Assembly: GCA_015522685.1 (NCBI GenBank)
Contig: WALU01000029.1
Location: forward strand, 2,042 to 66,041
Length of the DNA: 64,000 nucleotides
Direction: 5' to 3'
Origin: Thermoproteota archaeon
Lineage (GTDB): Archaea; Korarchaeota; Korarchaeia; Korarchaeales; Korarchaeaceae
Part shown: piece after piece, positions 30,661 through 41,558 of the stretch
Layout of the letters: every line of letters starts with the position of its first letter
How positions within the stretch are numbered: position 1 is the first letter of the stretch
Program-made: the position numbers and the translations under genes
The notes under the pieces: model-generated
What the model was told of the DNA's origin: nothing
The model's input: the letters and a program-made list of their open reading frames with translations, nothing else
Database searches by the model: none

Positions 30661-32889
30661 TTGGGAAAGAAGCAGCCTTCCAAAAAGGAGGATAGAGACA
30701 CAAAGGATGTAACACTTATAGTTGCGGATGTATTGAAGCAGACAGATTTTGGCAGAGGGATAGTTAGGATAGATCCTGAAATAATGAAGCAGTTTAATCT
30801 CACTAGTGGCGATTATGTAAGAATATATGGATCTAGGGTAACTCATGCAAGGGTAATGCCCTCTGTCAGTATGGATGTTGGAACTAGATACATAAGGATG
30901 GATAAGATAATTAAGGGTAATGCAGGCGTGAGGACTGGAGAGAAAGTAAGGGTAAAGCCTGTTGAAGTTGGAGAAGCAAACAGGATAATTCTAGCTCCTC
31001 AAGATCACATGATAAGAGTAGCTCCTGACTTTAACAGCTGGGTTAAAAGAAGATTGTTCGATTTCTCCGTAACGAAGGGGGATATAGTGCTCATTCCGAT
31101 ATTTCAGAGATTTATCCCCTTAGTCATCGTAAATGTTACCCCCGGTTCATTCGGTAAGGTTGGTCCCAGCACCTTAATCGAGGTCAGAGAGAAGCCCGTA
31201 GAGCTCTCTAAGATAATACTTCCAACTGTAACCTATGAAGATATAGGAGGATTGAAGGAGGAAATCCAAAGGATAAGAGAGATGGTCGAACTCCCTCTCA
31301 AGCATCCTGAGCTATTCAGGCATTTAGGGATAGAGCCCCCGAAGGGAGTACTTTTATATGGACCTCCTGGATGTGGTAAAACTCTTCTAGCAAAGGCAGT
31401 AGCGAATGAGAGTAACGCTCATTTCATAAGCATATCTGGGCCCGAGATAATGTCTAAATACTATGGAGAGAGCGAGAAGAGGCTTAGGGAGATATTTGAG
31501 GAGGCTGAAAAGAATGCACCTTCAATAATATTCATAGATGAGATTGATTCCATAGCACCAAATAGGAACGAGGTTACTGGGGAGGTTGAGAGAAGGGTAG
31601 TAGCTCAACTACTTGCTCTCATGGATGGATTGAAGGGAAGAGGAGAAGTAATTGTTATAGGAGCTACAAATAGACCTGAGGCACTAGATCCAGCTTTAAG
31701 GAGGCCTGGAAGATTCGATAGGGAGATAGAGATAGGCGTTCCAGATAGGGAGGGAAGAAAAGAGATATTGCAGATACATACCAGAAATGTGCCTTTAGCT
31801 GACGATGTGGATCTAAATGAGTTTGCAGATATAACTCACGGATTCGTTGGAGCGGATTTAGCAGCATTAGTCAGGGAAGCCGCTATGGCATCTCTTAGGA
31901 GAGTTCTTCCTAAGATAGATCTTGAGGCCGAGACCATACCTATAGAGATACTTGAGGAGCTGGAAGTTACCAAGAACGATTTCATGGAAGCGCTAAAGCT
32001 TGTTCAGCCCTCTGCTCTCAGGGAGATATCAATAGAGGTTCCAAACGTTTCATGGAGCGATGTTGGAGGTCTTGAGAATGTAAAGAGGGAACTTAGGGAG
32101 GTTGTAGAACTCCCTCTGAAGAATTCAGATGCCTTCAAAAGACTAGGGATAGAGCCCCCGAAGGGAGTACTTTTATATGGACCTCCTGGATGTGGTAAAA
32201 CTCTTCTAGCAAAGGCAGTAGCGAATGAGAGTGAGGCCAACTTCATAAGTGTCAAAGGACCTGAGCTCCTGAGCAAGTGGGTTGGGGAGAGCGAAAAAGC
32301 CGTGAGGCAGGTCTTCAGGAAAGCTAGACAGGTCGCCCCAGCTATAATATTCATAGATGAGATTGATTCTCTGTTCCCTAGAAGAGGAGTCAACATAGAT
32401 TCTGGAGTCACAGAGAGAGTAGTAAGTCAGATGCTTACTGAGATAGATGGGATACAGCCCTTAAGGGACGTTGTTGTTATAGGAGCTACAAATAGACCTG
32501 ATTTGGTAGACCCAGCAGTTTTAAGGCCTGGAAGGCTGGAGAGGCTCGTTTACGTTGGACCTCCAGATCTGAACACAAGGTTTGAGATATTAAAGGTCCA
32601 GACAGAGAACATGCCTCTAGCTAAAGATGTAGACCTCTGGAAGGTCGCTCTAGCTACTGAAAGATTTAGTGGAGCGGATTTGGCAGCATTAGTCAGGGAA
32701 GCCGCTATGGCATCTCTTAGGGAGGATATTAATGCGAAAAAAGTTAAAATAAGACATTTTGAGCAGGCTCTCAGCGCGATAAAGCCGAGCCTTACGGAGG
32801 ACATGCTAAAGTACTTCGAGGAGGTTAAGAAGACATTAAGGGCTATCGTACCTCCAGAGGGAAGAAAGGAAGAGACATATGTCTATTAA
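30661..32889 (+). CDS. cdc48: Cdc48/VAT AAA+ ATPase
   Basis: N-domain (GRGIVRID) plus two AAA modules, each [14 protein letters not shown] and RPGR. Confidence 0.97.
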   Translation: MGKKQPSKKEDRDTKDVTLIVADVLKQTDFGRGIVRIDPEIMKQFNLTSGDYVRIYGSRVTHARVMPSVSMDVGTRYIRMDKIIKGNAGVRTGEKVRVKPVEVGEANRIILAPQDHMIRVAPDFNSWVKRRLFDFSVTKGDIVLIPIFQRFIPLVIVNVTPGSFGKVGPSTLIEVREKPVELSKIILPTVTYEDIGGLKEEIQRIREMVELPLKHPELFRHLGIEPPKGVLLYGPPGCGKTLLAKAVANESNAHFISISGPEIMSKYYGESEKRLREIFEEAEKNAPSIIFIDEIDSIAPNRNEVTGEVERRVVAQLLALMDGLKGRGEVIVIGATNRPEALDPALRRPGRFDREIEIGVPDREGRKEILQIHTRNVPLADDVDLNEFADITHGFVGADLAALVREAAMASLRRVLPKIDLEAETIPIEILEELEVTKNDFMEALKLVQPSALREISIEVPNVSWSDVGGLENVKRELREVVELPLKNSDAFKRLGIEPPKGVLLYGPPGCGKTLLAKAVANESEANFISVKGPELLSKWVGESEKAVRQVFRKARQVAPAIIFIDEIDSLFPRRGVNIDSGVTERVVSQMLTEIDGIQPLRDVVVIGATNRPDLVDPAVLRPGRLERLVYVGPPDLNTRFEILKVQTENMPLAKDVDLWKVALATERFSGADLAALVREAAMASLREDINAKKVKIRHFEQALSAIKPSLTEDMLKYFEEVKKTLRAIVPPEGRKEETYVY
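31325..31413 (+). repeat. 89-nt exact repeat, copy 1 (cdc48 D1 Walker A region)
   Basis: Identical to 32144-32232 on base-by-base comparison. Confidence 0.95.
32144..32232 (+). repeat. 89-nt exact repeat, copy 2 (cdc48 D2 Walker A region)
   Basis: Identical to 31325-31413. Confidence 0.95.
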
Positions 32890-33066
32890 TAAGAATAGGG
32901 CATAAGATTCTTCTACTTTTTAATCCCTTACTTGATTAGTCAGCTTGATTCAATATGTTTTTTTTACCGATTAGCTTCAAAATCTGCATATGTTATACAG
33001 CGAGATGCAAATACTTATGAGGGATACCTTTTTAATTATCGATCTCTCGACCAGAGAAGGTGGTCC

Positions 33067-34632
33067 CTTGGAACTAGAGTAGCCTATATATCTAGCTTTG
33101 ATTCTTCCATTAGGAGAAATCTCAATCTTCCTGAGAGTGTTAGAATTTTTGATACAACCTTAAGGGACGGGGAGCAGACTCCAGGCGTCTCTCTTACCCC
33201 AGAAGAGAAGGTCGAGGTGGCCTTAGCTCTAGATGAATTAGGAGTAGATGTCATAGAAGCCGGGTTCCCAATAACATCAGATGGAGAAGCAGACTCGGTG
33301 AGAGAGATAGCCAAGACGATAAGAGATATAAAAGGAAGTGTGAGATCCGAGATATGCGCCCTTGCTAGATCAACAAGAAAGGATATAGATCTGGCTGCAG
33401 ATCTTGATGTGGATACCATCCATATTTTTATTGCTACATCCCCGCTCCATAGGAAATACAAGCTCAGAATGAGTGAGGAGGAGGTTCTTGATAGGGCAGT
33501 CCAAGCTGTGGAGTATGCTAAATCTAGGGGCGCTAATGTAGAGTTCTCAGCCGAGGATGCAACGAGGACCGAGCTTGACTTCCTAATTAAGATCTTTAAG
33601 GCAGTAGAGGAATCCGGAGCTGATAGAATAGATATACCAGACACCGTAGGAGTCATGTCTCCTCCAGCTATGAGATATCTTGTAGGTATCGTAGTTAGAG
33701 AAGTGAGGATCCCTGTAAGCGTCCACTGCCACAATGATTTCGGGCTCGCTGTGGCTAATTCACTAGCAGGTGTTGAAGCAGGAGCCCAGCAGGCTCATGT
33801 AACTGTAAATGGTATAGGGGAGAGAGCTGGAAATGCCTCTTTGGAGCAGTTTGTAACATCATTGCACTTTCTCTATGGTATAAAAATGAAAATTGATTTC
33901 TCAAAGCTTAGATCGGTATCTGAGCTTGTAGAGAGACTTACTGGAATTCAAGTTCAACCAAATTCGCCTATCGTTGGGGATAATGCCTTCTCACATGAAT
34001 CGGGGATACATGTTCATGGAATACTAGGACATCCAGGTACATATGAGCCTCTTTCCCCTGAGATCGTTGGAATGAGAAGACGCATAGTTCTAGGCAAGCA
34101 TACAGGGAGGCATGCTGTGGAAAGAGCAGTCAAGCAGCTTGGCTATGATGTAAGTAAGGAGGAGCTCGACCTAGTAGTTGAGAAAATAAAAGAACTGGGA
34201 GATAAGGGTATAAAAATAACTGAGAGAAGATTTTCGAGAATGGTAGCTGAAGTTGTGGGTAAAACTGGAGCTAGGTTCATGGAAGTGCCTGAATGGACCG
34301 TCATAACTGGAAGTGAAGTGACCCCCTCCGCATGGGTCAAGGTGAGGCTAAGGGGAAGGGAAATTAGGAGCGCTGGCTGGGGAGTAGGGCCCATAGATGC
34401 GATAGCTAACGCTCTCAAATCGATAGAGGAGATACCTGAGTTCAAACTTTCAAGGTTCAAGCTCAATGCAGTTAGCAAGGGGACTGAGGCAGTTGGAGAA
34501 GTTTACGTGAAAGTTAAGTCCAATGGCTTAGCTGCAGAGGGATTTGGCCTCAGCGATGACATAGTAGAGGCCAGTATGGAGGCCTTGGTCGATGCCTTAA
34601 ACAAGGTGATGGCGAGTGAAGACGGCAGTTGA
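33067..34632 (+). CDS. leuA: 2-isopropylmalate synthase (or citramalate synthase paralogue); start codon unresolved
   Basis: DTTLRDGEQTPG, EDA.R, PDTVG, HCHND.GLA, GIGERAGNA, HESGIH, C-terminal regulatory domain (G.GPIDA); adjacent to leuCDB. Confidence 0.88.
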   Translation, partial: LGTRVAYISSFDSSIRRNLNLPESVRIFDTTLRDGEQTPGVSLTPEEKVEVALALDELGVDVIEAGFPITSDGEADSVREIAKTIRDIKGSVRSEICALARSTRKDIDLAADLDVDTIHIFIATSPLHRKYKLRMSEEEVLDRAVQAVEYAKSRGANVEFSAEDATRTELDFLIKIFKAVEESGADRIDIPDTVGVMSPPAMRYLVGIVVREVRIPVSVHCHNDFGLAVANSLAGVEAGAQQAHVTVNGIGERAGNASLEQFVTSLHFLYGIKMKIDFSKLRSVSELVERLTGIQVQPNSPIVGDNAFSHESGIHVHGILGHPGTYEPLSPEIVGMRRRIVLGKHTGRHAVERAVKQLGYDVSKEELDLVVEKIKELGDKGIKITERRFSRMVAEVVGKTGARFMEVPEWTVITGSEVTPSAWVKVRLRGREIRSAGWGVGPIDAIANALKSIEEIPEFKLSRFKLNAVSKGTEAVGEVYVKVKSNGLAAEGFGLSDDIVEASMEALVDALNKVMASEDGS

Positions 34633-35866
34633 GAAGATATTGAGCAGAGCTTCCGGAGGAGAGGCCAGTGCTGGCGATATTGTGGAGGCTGAAATAGACG
34701 TTTACATGATTCACGACCCTATGGGGGCGCTAGTTGAAGATGCCCTAGATGAAATAGGTGCTGAGGTTAAGCATCCTGAGAAAGTTGTAGCGATACAGGA
34801 CCATTTTGTCCCAGCCAAGGACATAGAATCTGCAATATTGAGTAAGAGATTGAGAGAATTTCACCTACGCTTCAACTTCGGTGCCTATTACGAGGTCGGT
34901 AGGGGAGGCATATGTCATGTGGTCATGCCGGAGGAAGGCCATGTTGTTCCTGGAGATGTAATAGTTGGTACAGATTCTCATACTCCTACATCGGGAGCTC
35001 TTGGAGCATTCTCTGTCGGAATAGGGGCTACGGAAATGGCAGCTGCGATGGCGCTAGGTAAGCTATGGTTCAAGGTGCCTCCCACCATACTAGTGAAGGG
35101 AGAGGGAAGTTTTCGAGAGTTCGTTCACGCAAAGGATTTCATCTTGCAGGTTATATCGGAGATAGGAACAGATGGTGCTATATATAAGGCTATAGAATTC
35201 GATGGGCCGACTATCAGGGAGTTAAACATGGATGAAAGGTTTGTGCTGACCAACATGTCGGTTGAAGCTGGAGCTAAGACAGGATTCATATCGCCAGACA
35301 ATCTAACCTTCCAGTATCTGGAGAGTAGAGCTAGGAGGAACCCTAGACCAGAATATTCGGATAAGGGAAGCTTTGAAGATGAACTCCTTTTTGATGTAAG
35401 CTCTTTGGATCCTCTAGTTGCAGCACCTCACTCACCAGCTAATGTAAGAGCAGCGAGCGAAGTTGATGAGGAGATAGATCAGGCATTTATTGGATCTTGT
35501 ACAGGAGGAAGGCTCAGCGATCTCAAAGCAGCAGTTAAGATACTTAGAGGGAGGAAGATTAGTGATAGAGTTAGATTAATTGTAATACCAAGTAGCAGGA
35601 GAGTTTACAGGGAAGCTCTGAGGATGGGATTTCTAGAATCTTTAGTAGAGAGTGGCGCTGCTATAGGACCTCCTAGCTGTGGACCCTGCCTCGGAGCGCA
35701 CCTAGGAGTCTTAGGACCTGGGGAGGTGGGTATATCGTCCTCAAATAGGAATTTTAGGGGCAGGATGGGCCATCCAGATTCTAGGGTTTATCTAGCAAGC
35801 CCAAGTACCGTTGCAGCCAGCGCATTTACCGGCAGAGTAACTGACCCAAGGGAGGTATCGATATGA
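34616..35866 (+). CDS. leuC: 3-isopropylmalate dehydratase large subunit
   Basis: DH, GICH, G.DSHT, IGSCTGGR..D, SCGPC.G, NRNF.GRMG. Confidence 0.93.
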   Translation: MKTAVEKILSRASGGEASAGDIVEAEIDVYMIHDPMGALVEDALDEIGAEVKHPEKVVAIQDHFVPAKDIESAILSKRLREFHLRFNFGAYYEVGRGGICHVVMPEEGHVVPGDVIVGTDSHTPTSGALGAFSVGIGATEMAAAMALGKLWFKVPPTILVKGEGSFREFVHAKDFILQVISEIGTDGAIYKAIEFDGPTIRELNMDERFVLTNMSVEAGAKTGFISPDNLTFQYLESRARRNPRPEYSDKGSFEDELLFDVSSLDPLVAAPHSPANVRAASEVDEEIDQAFIGSCTGGRLSDLKAAVKILRGRKISDRVRLIVIPSSRRVYREALRMGFLESLVESGAAIGPPSCGPCLGAHLGVLGPGEVGISSSNRNFRGRMGHPDSRVYLASPSTVAASAFTGRVTDPREVSI

Positions 35867-36378
35867 TAAGGGGACGAGTAATAAAATATGGAAATGATGT
35901 AGATACTGACGTTATAATCCCTGGGCGCTATCTGAAGCATGGAGCTGACCCTGATGTGCTTAAGAGCCATGCAATGGAGGATCTAGACCCCGATTTTGGG
36001 GATAAGGTGAAGGAGAGGAGGATAATAGTTGCGGGTAGGAACTTCGGTTATGGCTCTAGTAGAGAGCAAGCCCCTCTAGCTCTAAAGTATGCGGGGGTTG
36101 AGGTTGTGCTAGCGGAGAGCTTCGCCCGTATATTCTTCAGGAACGCGATTAATGTAGGTCTTTCAGTGATGGAGGTTCCCGGGATAAGCAAGATAGTAGA
36201 GGATGGAGATTATGTAAAGGTTGACACGAAGTTAGGTGTTGTGAGAATTCCCGCAAAGGACAGGATGCTTAAGGGAACTAGGATCCCAAAATTCCTAATG
36301 GACATTTTAGATGCTGGAGGCTTAGTTCCCTATTTAAGGAGGAGATTTCATGCCAAGGATAGCTCTGATACCAGGTGA
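35863..36378 (+). CDS. leuD: 3-isopropylmalate dehydratase small subunit
   Basis: DVDTD.IIP, NFG.GSSREQA, SFARIF.RN. Confidence 0.93.
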   Translation: MIRGRVIKYGNDVDTDVIIPGRYLKHGADPDVLKSHAMEDLDPDFGDKVKERRIIVAGRNFGYGSSREQAPLALKYAGVEVVLAESFARIFFRNAINVGLSVMEVPGISKIVEDGDYVKVDTKLGVVRIPAKDRMLKGTRIPKFLMDILDAGGLVPYLRRRFHAKDSSDTR

Positions 36379-37333
36379 TGGTATAGGTCCTGAGATTATG
36401 GAAGCTGCTATTCCAGTACTTGAAGCTCTGGCAGATAAGCATAACATAACATTGGAGATGAAGCTGTATGAAGCTGGAGATGAGACTAAGAAGCGGAGAA
36501 GTACAGCTCTTCCGAAGGAAACCTTCGATGGAGTAAGGAGTTCAGATGCCGCGCTGATGGTGGCTGTTGGCGAGACTGCTAAGGATGTGATCCTTCCACT
36601 AAGGCAGAAGCTTAACTTATATGTAAATCTGAGGCCAGCTAAATCCTATCCAATTCCAAATGCCATTAAAGGATTCGATGTAACGATAGTTAGGGAGAAC
36701 ACAGAAGGGCTCTACGTTAAGGCCGGATGGTCAAGTGAAGAGGCAGCAGTTGATCTTAGGATAATAACAAGGAAAAGTAGCGAGAGAATATGCAGATATG
36801 GCTATAAATATGCAAAGGAAAATGGAAAGAGGAAAGTTTACGTGGTTCATAAGGCAAATGTACTTCTCGGTTGTAAGCTCTTCAGAGAGGTATGCTCATC
36901 CATAGCTGAGGATGAGGGCTTCGAATATAGGGAGATGTACGTGGATGCCGCTGCAATGAGGCTTGCTATGGATAGACCATTCGATCTAATCATAACTACA
37001 AACATGCCCGGCGATATCCTCGCCGATCTGGCAGCTGCTTACATAGGCGGACTGGGTATGTATCCTAGCGGGAATATAGGGAATGAGAAGGCGCTTTTCG
37101 AGCCCGTTCATGGAACCGCTCCCGATATAGCTGGCAAGGGGATTGCCAACCCAATGGCCACTCTCCTATCAGCGGCAATGATGTTCAGGTGGCTAAATTA
37201 TGAAGAAGTAGCAGCTGACCTAGAAAGAGCTATATGGAAGGCATGCGAACTCAGGTATACTACCCCAGACATTGGAGGGGGCATGAAGACTTCAGAGGTA
37301 TGCGCTAGTGTAAGGGATCTGCTAATGAAATAG
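36350..37333 (+). CDS. leuB: 3-isopropylmalate dehydrogenase
   Basis: PGDGIGPE, NLRP, RENTEG.Y, HKAN, GDIL.D, EP.HG.APDIAG...ANP. Confidence 0.92.
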   Translation: MPRIALIPGDGIGPEIMEAAIPVLEALADKHNITLEMKLYEAGDETKKRRSTALPKETFDGVRSSDAALMVAVGETAKDVILPLRQKLNLYVNLRPAKSYPIPNAIKGFDVTIVRENTEGLYVKAGWSSEEAAVDLRIITRKSSERICRYGYKYAKENGKRKVYVVHKANVLLGCKLFREVCSSIAEDEGFEYREMYVDAAAMRLAMDRPFDLIITTNMPGDILADLAAAYIGGLGMYPSGNIGNEKALFEPVHGTAPDIAGKGIANPMATLLSAAMMFRWLNYEEVAADLERAIWKACELRYTTPDIGGGMKTSEVCASVRDLLMK

Positions 37334-37352
37334 CTTCTAATTAATAAGATTG

Positions 37353-37410
37353 ACATTAATCTCCTAGATTAATGTATTTATCTTTTTCTTCTTTTCGTAA
37401 TTTTCCTCTT
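37353..37410 (+). terminator. Perfect 10-bp inverted repeat followed by a T-rich tract after leuB
   Basis: ACATTAATCT-CCT-AGATTAATGT then ATTTATCTTTTTCTTCTTTT. Confidence 0.55.
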
Positions 37411-37487
37411 CACTCAAGTTAGCTGATTTCAGTCAACTATCTAAGTTACCGCCATCTTTTTTTCCTAATGCCCGAGAAAATGTCTGG

Positions 37488-38282
37488 ATGAAGTGCGCAT
37501 TCCTTGACCTAGATCATACTATAATAAAAACGGGCTATAGACAGTATCTGATAGGAAAACCAGCTCAGCTATTATCTAGAAAGCTAAAGATAGGATTAGA
37601 TGATGCGATTAGCATCCTAAGAAGAGAAGTAAGGAAAATTATGAGGAAGAAGATACTCTCTGGGGACTATCTTCATGCCTTCGACTGGGATTTGATAATC
37701 CCTGAAGCCCTTAACCACTTAGGTATGAATATAGGTCGAGGAGACTTTGATGCTCTTTCTCTTCTCCTCGAAGCAGTTAAAGGAGGAGCCACAAGTATAT
37801 ACCCTGACTCTATCGAAGCCATTGAGAAGCTCAGAGAGGATCATAGGGTGTGCGCAATGACAGGAGGCCTCTCAAAGTACCAGATAGCGATACTTGAAGA
37901 ACTTGGAATCAAAGATCTCTTTGATGAAATCCTCACCACGGATAGGCTTGGGGTTCTTAAGGTAAGGCCAGAAGCTTTTAAGAGGGCCATAAACATATGC
38001 AAATGCAAAAAAGCCTTTCACACCGGAGATTCACCGAGTCATGATATAGCTGGCGCCAAGGAAGCAGGATTAGCTGTATTTCTCATGGCTAGAGAGTGGA
38101 CGAATCTAAAGCCCATGGATCCTATATCTAGAGTAGAACTAGCCCTTAAAAATGGGCTTCTGAAGGATTTGATGAGAAAAGACATACTTTACGGGTTTTT
38201 GCCTGAGAGCCTGATGGTTCCCGATGCCATCATAATAGAGCTGATCGAGATAAATGAGTTAGTGAGAAAGCTAGACTATTAG
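37488..38282 (+). CDS. HAD-superfamily hydrolase (subfamily IA)
   Basis: DLDHT motif I, TGG, K.RP, GDSP.HDIAGA. Confidence 0.82.
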   Translation: MKCAFLDLDHTIIKTGYRQYLIGKPAQLLSRKLKIGLDDAISILRREVRKIMRKKILSGDYLHAFDWDLIIPEALNHLGMNIGRGDFDALSLLLEAVKGGATSIYPDSIEAIEKLREDHRVCAMTGGLSKYQIAILEELGIKDLFDEILTTDRLGVLKVRPEAFKRAINICKCKKAFHTGDSPSHDIAGAKEAGLAVFLMAREWTNLKPMDPISRVELALKNGLLKDLMRKDILYGFLPESLMVPDAIIIELIEINELVRKLDY

Positions 38283-38376
38283 AAGATAACTTAGGAACAT
38301 TCAAAGAACTGATCGTGGTTGTGATATCAATAGAAGGACACCGAAAGCTTGATTAAGATTTGTTACCTCATTCATT

Positions 38377-39252
38377 ATGCATTTAGTCAGGTATCTTTAC
38401 AATAAGACAATCGATTATGGTGTAGAATCAGATGGCGAAGTAATTCCCTCCAAAGAGATAGGTAGGAAACTTGGCAAGGAGATGCCTCCCACCTTAGATG
38501 ATCTGGTAAAGCTTCCTCTTGTTGATTATGTCCTGAGACTTGAGGATAAAACGTTTCAAAGGAGCATTCTGCTTAAGGATGTCAGGTTACTAAAGCCGAT
38601 TACTGATCCTCCTAAGATTATATGCCTAGGGAAGAACTACGCTGAACATATCGCTGAAACAGGTTTTGAGCCTCCAAAGGAGCCAGTCATATTCATGAAG
38701 CCAAGAACCGCTCTAAATGGGCCTTACTCAGATGTGATCGTGCCTGATGATTACGTGAAAGAGGTAGATTACGAAGGAGAGATAGCATTCATCTTAAAGA
38801 GTGGTGGAAGGAGAATGAATGAAAAAACTGTGAAAGAATCTATACTTGGCTACTTAGTCTTTAACGATGTTACCGCTAGAGATTTGCAGCGAAGAGATGG
38901 ACAGTGGGTCAGAGGGAAGAGTATAGATGGATTCGCTCCAATAGGCCCTTGGATCGATACTTCTATTGGTTTTGATGAGCTGGGAATTACCACTCTGGTC
39001 AATGGTAGGAGGAGGCAGCATGCTAGCTCGCACCAAATGATATTCAAGCCTTGGGATATTCTAATGATCCTAAGCAAGGGTATGACAATGGAACCGGGAG
39101 ATCTTATAGCTACTGGGACACCATCCGGTGTGGGAGGCTTCTCAAATCCTCCTAGATTGCTCAACCATGGAGATATAGTTGAAATAGAGGTATGGGGAGT
39201 TGGTAAGCTGAGAAATAAAATCATATTCGAGAGCAAGCTTGAGAAGCATTAA
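38377..39252 (+). CDS. Fumarylacetoacetate-hydrolase-family protein
   Basis: KIICLGKNY.EH, DYEGE, NDVTARD.Q, W.RGKS.DGF.PIGP, GDLIATGTP.GVG. Confidence 0.92.
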   Translation: MHLVRYLYNKTIDYGVESDGEVIPSKEIGRKLGKEMPPTLDDLVKLPLVDYVLRLEDKTFQRSILLKDVRLLKPITDPPKIICLGKNYAEHIAETGFEPPKEPVIFMKPRTALNGPYSDVIVPDDYVKEVDYEGEIAFILKSGGRRMNEKTVKESILGYLVFNDVTARDLQRRDGQWVRGKSIDGFAPIGPWIDTSIGFDELGITTLVNGRRRQHASSHQMIFKPWDILMILSKGMTMEPGDLIATGTPSGVGGFSNPPRLLNHGDIVEIEVWGVGKLRNKIIFESKLEKH

Positions 39253-39379
39253 TTGCTGAAATTGCAAGAATTCGCAAATATTACGTCTTTCGTTCGCGCG
39301 CGGGTTATTTGATACCTTTTGGATTTAGAGCGGTATTTGCCTTCCTCGCGTGCGACGATGAGTATATACAGTTTATTGT

Positions 39380-40033
39380 AAAAAATGGCGCTATAAGCAT
39401 AGATACAGCAATTATATAAGCTAATCCTGTATATATGGCGCCTTTAAGGGCTTCCGATTCCCTCGGATCTTCTAGAGAGATATTCCGATGCTGCCATGGA
39501 TAGGCTAGCTGCTATCCCCATTATTAGGCCTGCCATTCCAACAATCCTAGAGTTCTGGAGTGCAAAAGAAAGGCCCGCTAGCGCTCCTGTCAATTCAACT
39601 AAGGCACATTAAGCTCTAGTACTATGGATCCTATATATTCTACCCTTTATTCCTTGATTAATTCTATTAATTCATTTTCATGCTCTTCTTCCTCCTCCTT
39701 GAGAAAGGTCGCTGCTTCAGGTATGTCTTCTATAATTAGATTGTAGCCTTCCTGAGCTATCTTTTCTCCTCTCTCCATCAGCTTTATTGCGAAGGTTACT
39801 CCAAAGATTTTAGCGGTTAGAGAGTATAGGAATATCTTTCTAGCATCGGGTTCCGCATCCCTGCCCGTATGCTTTTTAAGAATAGAATAGTGTCTAAGCT
39901 CGTCTTTAGCTATTCTCTTAAGCACCTCCTTGTTTTTACCTTTAGATTTGCTAGCTAAGCTTAGATATACATTGCATTCTGTTATCTCATTCCTTTGGAA
40001 TTTAAGAAGAAGTTCTTCTACATTCGGCTTCAT
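39380..40033 (-). pseudogene. Disrupted ferritin-like + VIT1/CCC1 iron-exporter gene
   Basis: Ferritin-like ORF ends at TAA 39647-49. Homology continues [13 protein letters not shown]; after a frameshift near 39605, [44 protein letters not shown]; after another near 39445, AIYTGLAYII; then truncated. Confidence 0.85.
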
Positions 40034-40362
40034 TGTTGAGTAAGCTGTAGATTGTAATAGGCTGCTGAGAAGGTTAGCTCTCAGAGAGAAACGTAGTAGA
40101 AGCCTTTCTTAGAATTTGCACTTTTAATCTTTGGCTGATGTTAAGTGCGCTTTGTACTTTGCTGGATCCCTTTTGAGAATCGAGAAAGCTTCAGGATCTT
40201 AAGCTTCCTTCATGGAACAATGGATCGCAAGCGAATCGGAAAATCTAAGAAATTCCATAAGATTTATGAAAAGATATAATTTGAAGATAAGGAAAATCTT
40301 ACTATGGGAAGCAACTTCCATAGATATCGTTGCATTGGAAATCTCTTCCATTCAAGAGCTTG

Positions 40363-40602
40363 TTAAGGCGAAGGAATACGTATTGACGCCTTATTCTCTA
40401 CATCTTCTGCTATAAATGCCACGATTTGTGGAGTGGAGAAGTGAATATACCTTACGCCTTTGCCAAGAGCGGTGAGCTTCCTTCCATCTTCAAGAGAAAA
40501 ACTTAGTTTTCTGTTCCACAAGAGCTCTATATAATATGAGTTACTATCGCCATATTCGCCATTATTAGAGTTCATATGAGGGGATAATAGCAGTGTGCCC
40601 AA
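40363..40602 (-). pseudogene. Short ORF or remnant, weakly DUF1801-like
   Basis: KLTALGKGVRYIHFS resembles the G.GK..RH.K. motif; flanks contain stops. Confidence 0.25.
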
Positions 40603-40626
40603 AGGGGTCTTAAGCTCTCTGAAGTC

Positions 40627-41469
40627 CTACGTGAATCTATATATTTTTCCCACAGCTAGTTGCTTGAAGTTCTCTTTATATTCATTCCTGAAGGCGCATT
40701 CAGCAGCTAAGCCAGTACAATGACCTGTGTATACCTCTTTCACACCTAATTCCTTAAAAGCTCTTACAGTACCTTCTATTCTCTCCTGATTGGCACTGAT
40801 TAGGTGAAATCCTCCTATTACGGCTCTAACAGGACCAGCCAAATTAATAGCATGCTTCACTATATTAACGATCCCTGCATGGGAGCAGCCAGCCAATATT
40901 ACTGATCCTCCTTTCATCTTCACGATCAGGGAGCTATCATCCATTAGATGATCTTTAATAAGCTTCCCGTTCTCTAGGGTATAAGTACCTATAGTCATTT
41001 TACTCTCCAATTCTGAAATCCTAGGCACCTCACCGGTTGTTATTACCCTAGGCAGAACCTTTATTGGATCTCTAGAGAGAATGAACTTAGCTCCTAGCTC
41101 CTCCAATTCCTCTCTTCCGTATGGAATACCTATATCTCTAAAAGGAAGCACAAAATTGGGTTTAAAGAGATCAGGGTGAGATATTATCGGAATTTCCCCG
41201 TTTAATTCCTTGAGAAAACCTTTCAAGCCTCCAGTATGATCATAATGCCTGTGAGACAGAACTAGCCCCACCAAATCATTAAGGTCTTCTTTTAGGATTG
41301 ATAAATTATGCTTTATCGGTTCCCAATTGTTCCCAGCATCGAAGAGGAGCTTATAATTACCTCTATCAGTTTCAATCTTAAGAAGAAAAGATATGCCATG
41401 CTGAGCCCAGAACATACCTGAAGCATGCTCTTCTGCAAGAACATATACCTCTAAACGATTAATACTCAT
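40627..41469 (-). CDS. MBL-fold metallo-hydrolase (MJ0448-like pterin biosynthesis family)
   Basis: HGISF, LFDAG, SHRHYDHTGG, DDSSL, GCSHAG..N, GGFHL, GHCTG. Confidence 0.88.
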   Translation of the reverse strand: MSINRLEVYVLAEEHASGMFWAQHGISFLLKIETDRGNYKLLFDAGNNWEPIKHNLSILKEDLNDLVGLVLSHRHYDHTGGLKGFLKELNGEIPIISHPDLFKPNFVLPFRDIGIPYGREELEELGAKFILSRDPIKVLPRVITTGEVPRISELESKMTIGTYTLENGKLIKDHLMDDSSLIVKMKGGSVILAGCSHAGIVNIVKHAINLAGPVRAVIGGFHLISANQERIEGTVRAFKELGVKEVYTGHCTGLAAECAFRNEYKENFKQLAVGKIYRFT

Positions 41470-41558
41470 ACGAGAGGTAAGGATTAGAGCTTATTTAAAT
41501 CTATAACGAAGAAAATGAATGAAATAAAATCTAGCTAATTAATTAATTTGGATCGATA

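Noticed and set aside
33084-33734. 216-aa minus-strand ORF and the many similar antisense ORFs (e.g. 17191-17784, 8038-8505, 42843-43292, 32004-32411)
   Set aside because: Fully or largely nested opposite well-supported genes, with no motifs.
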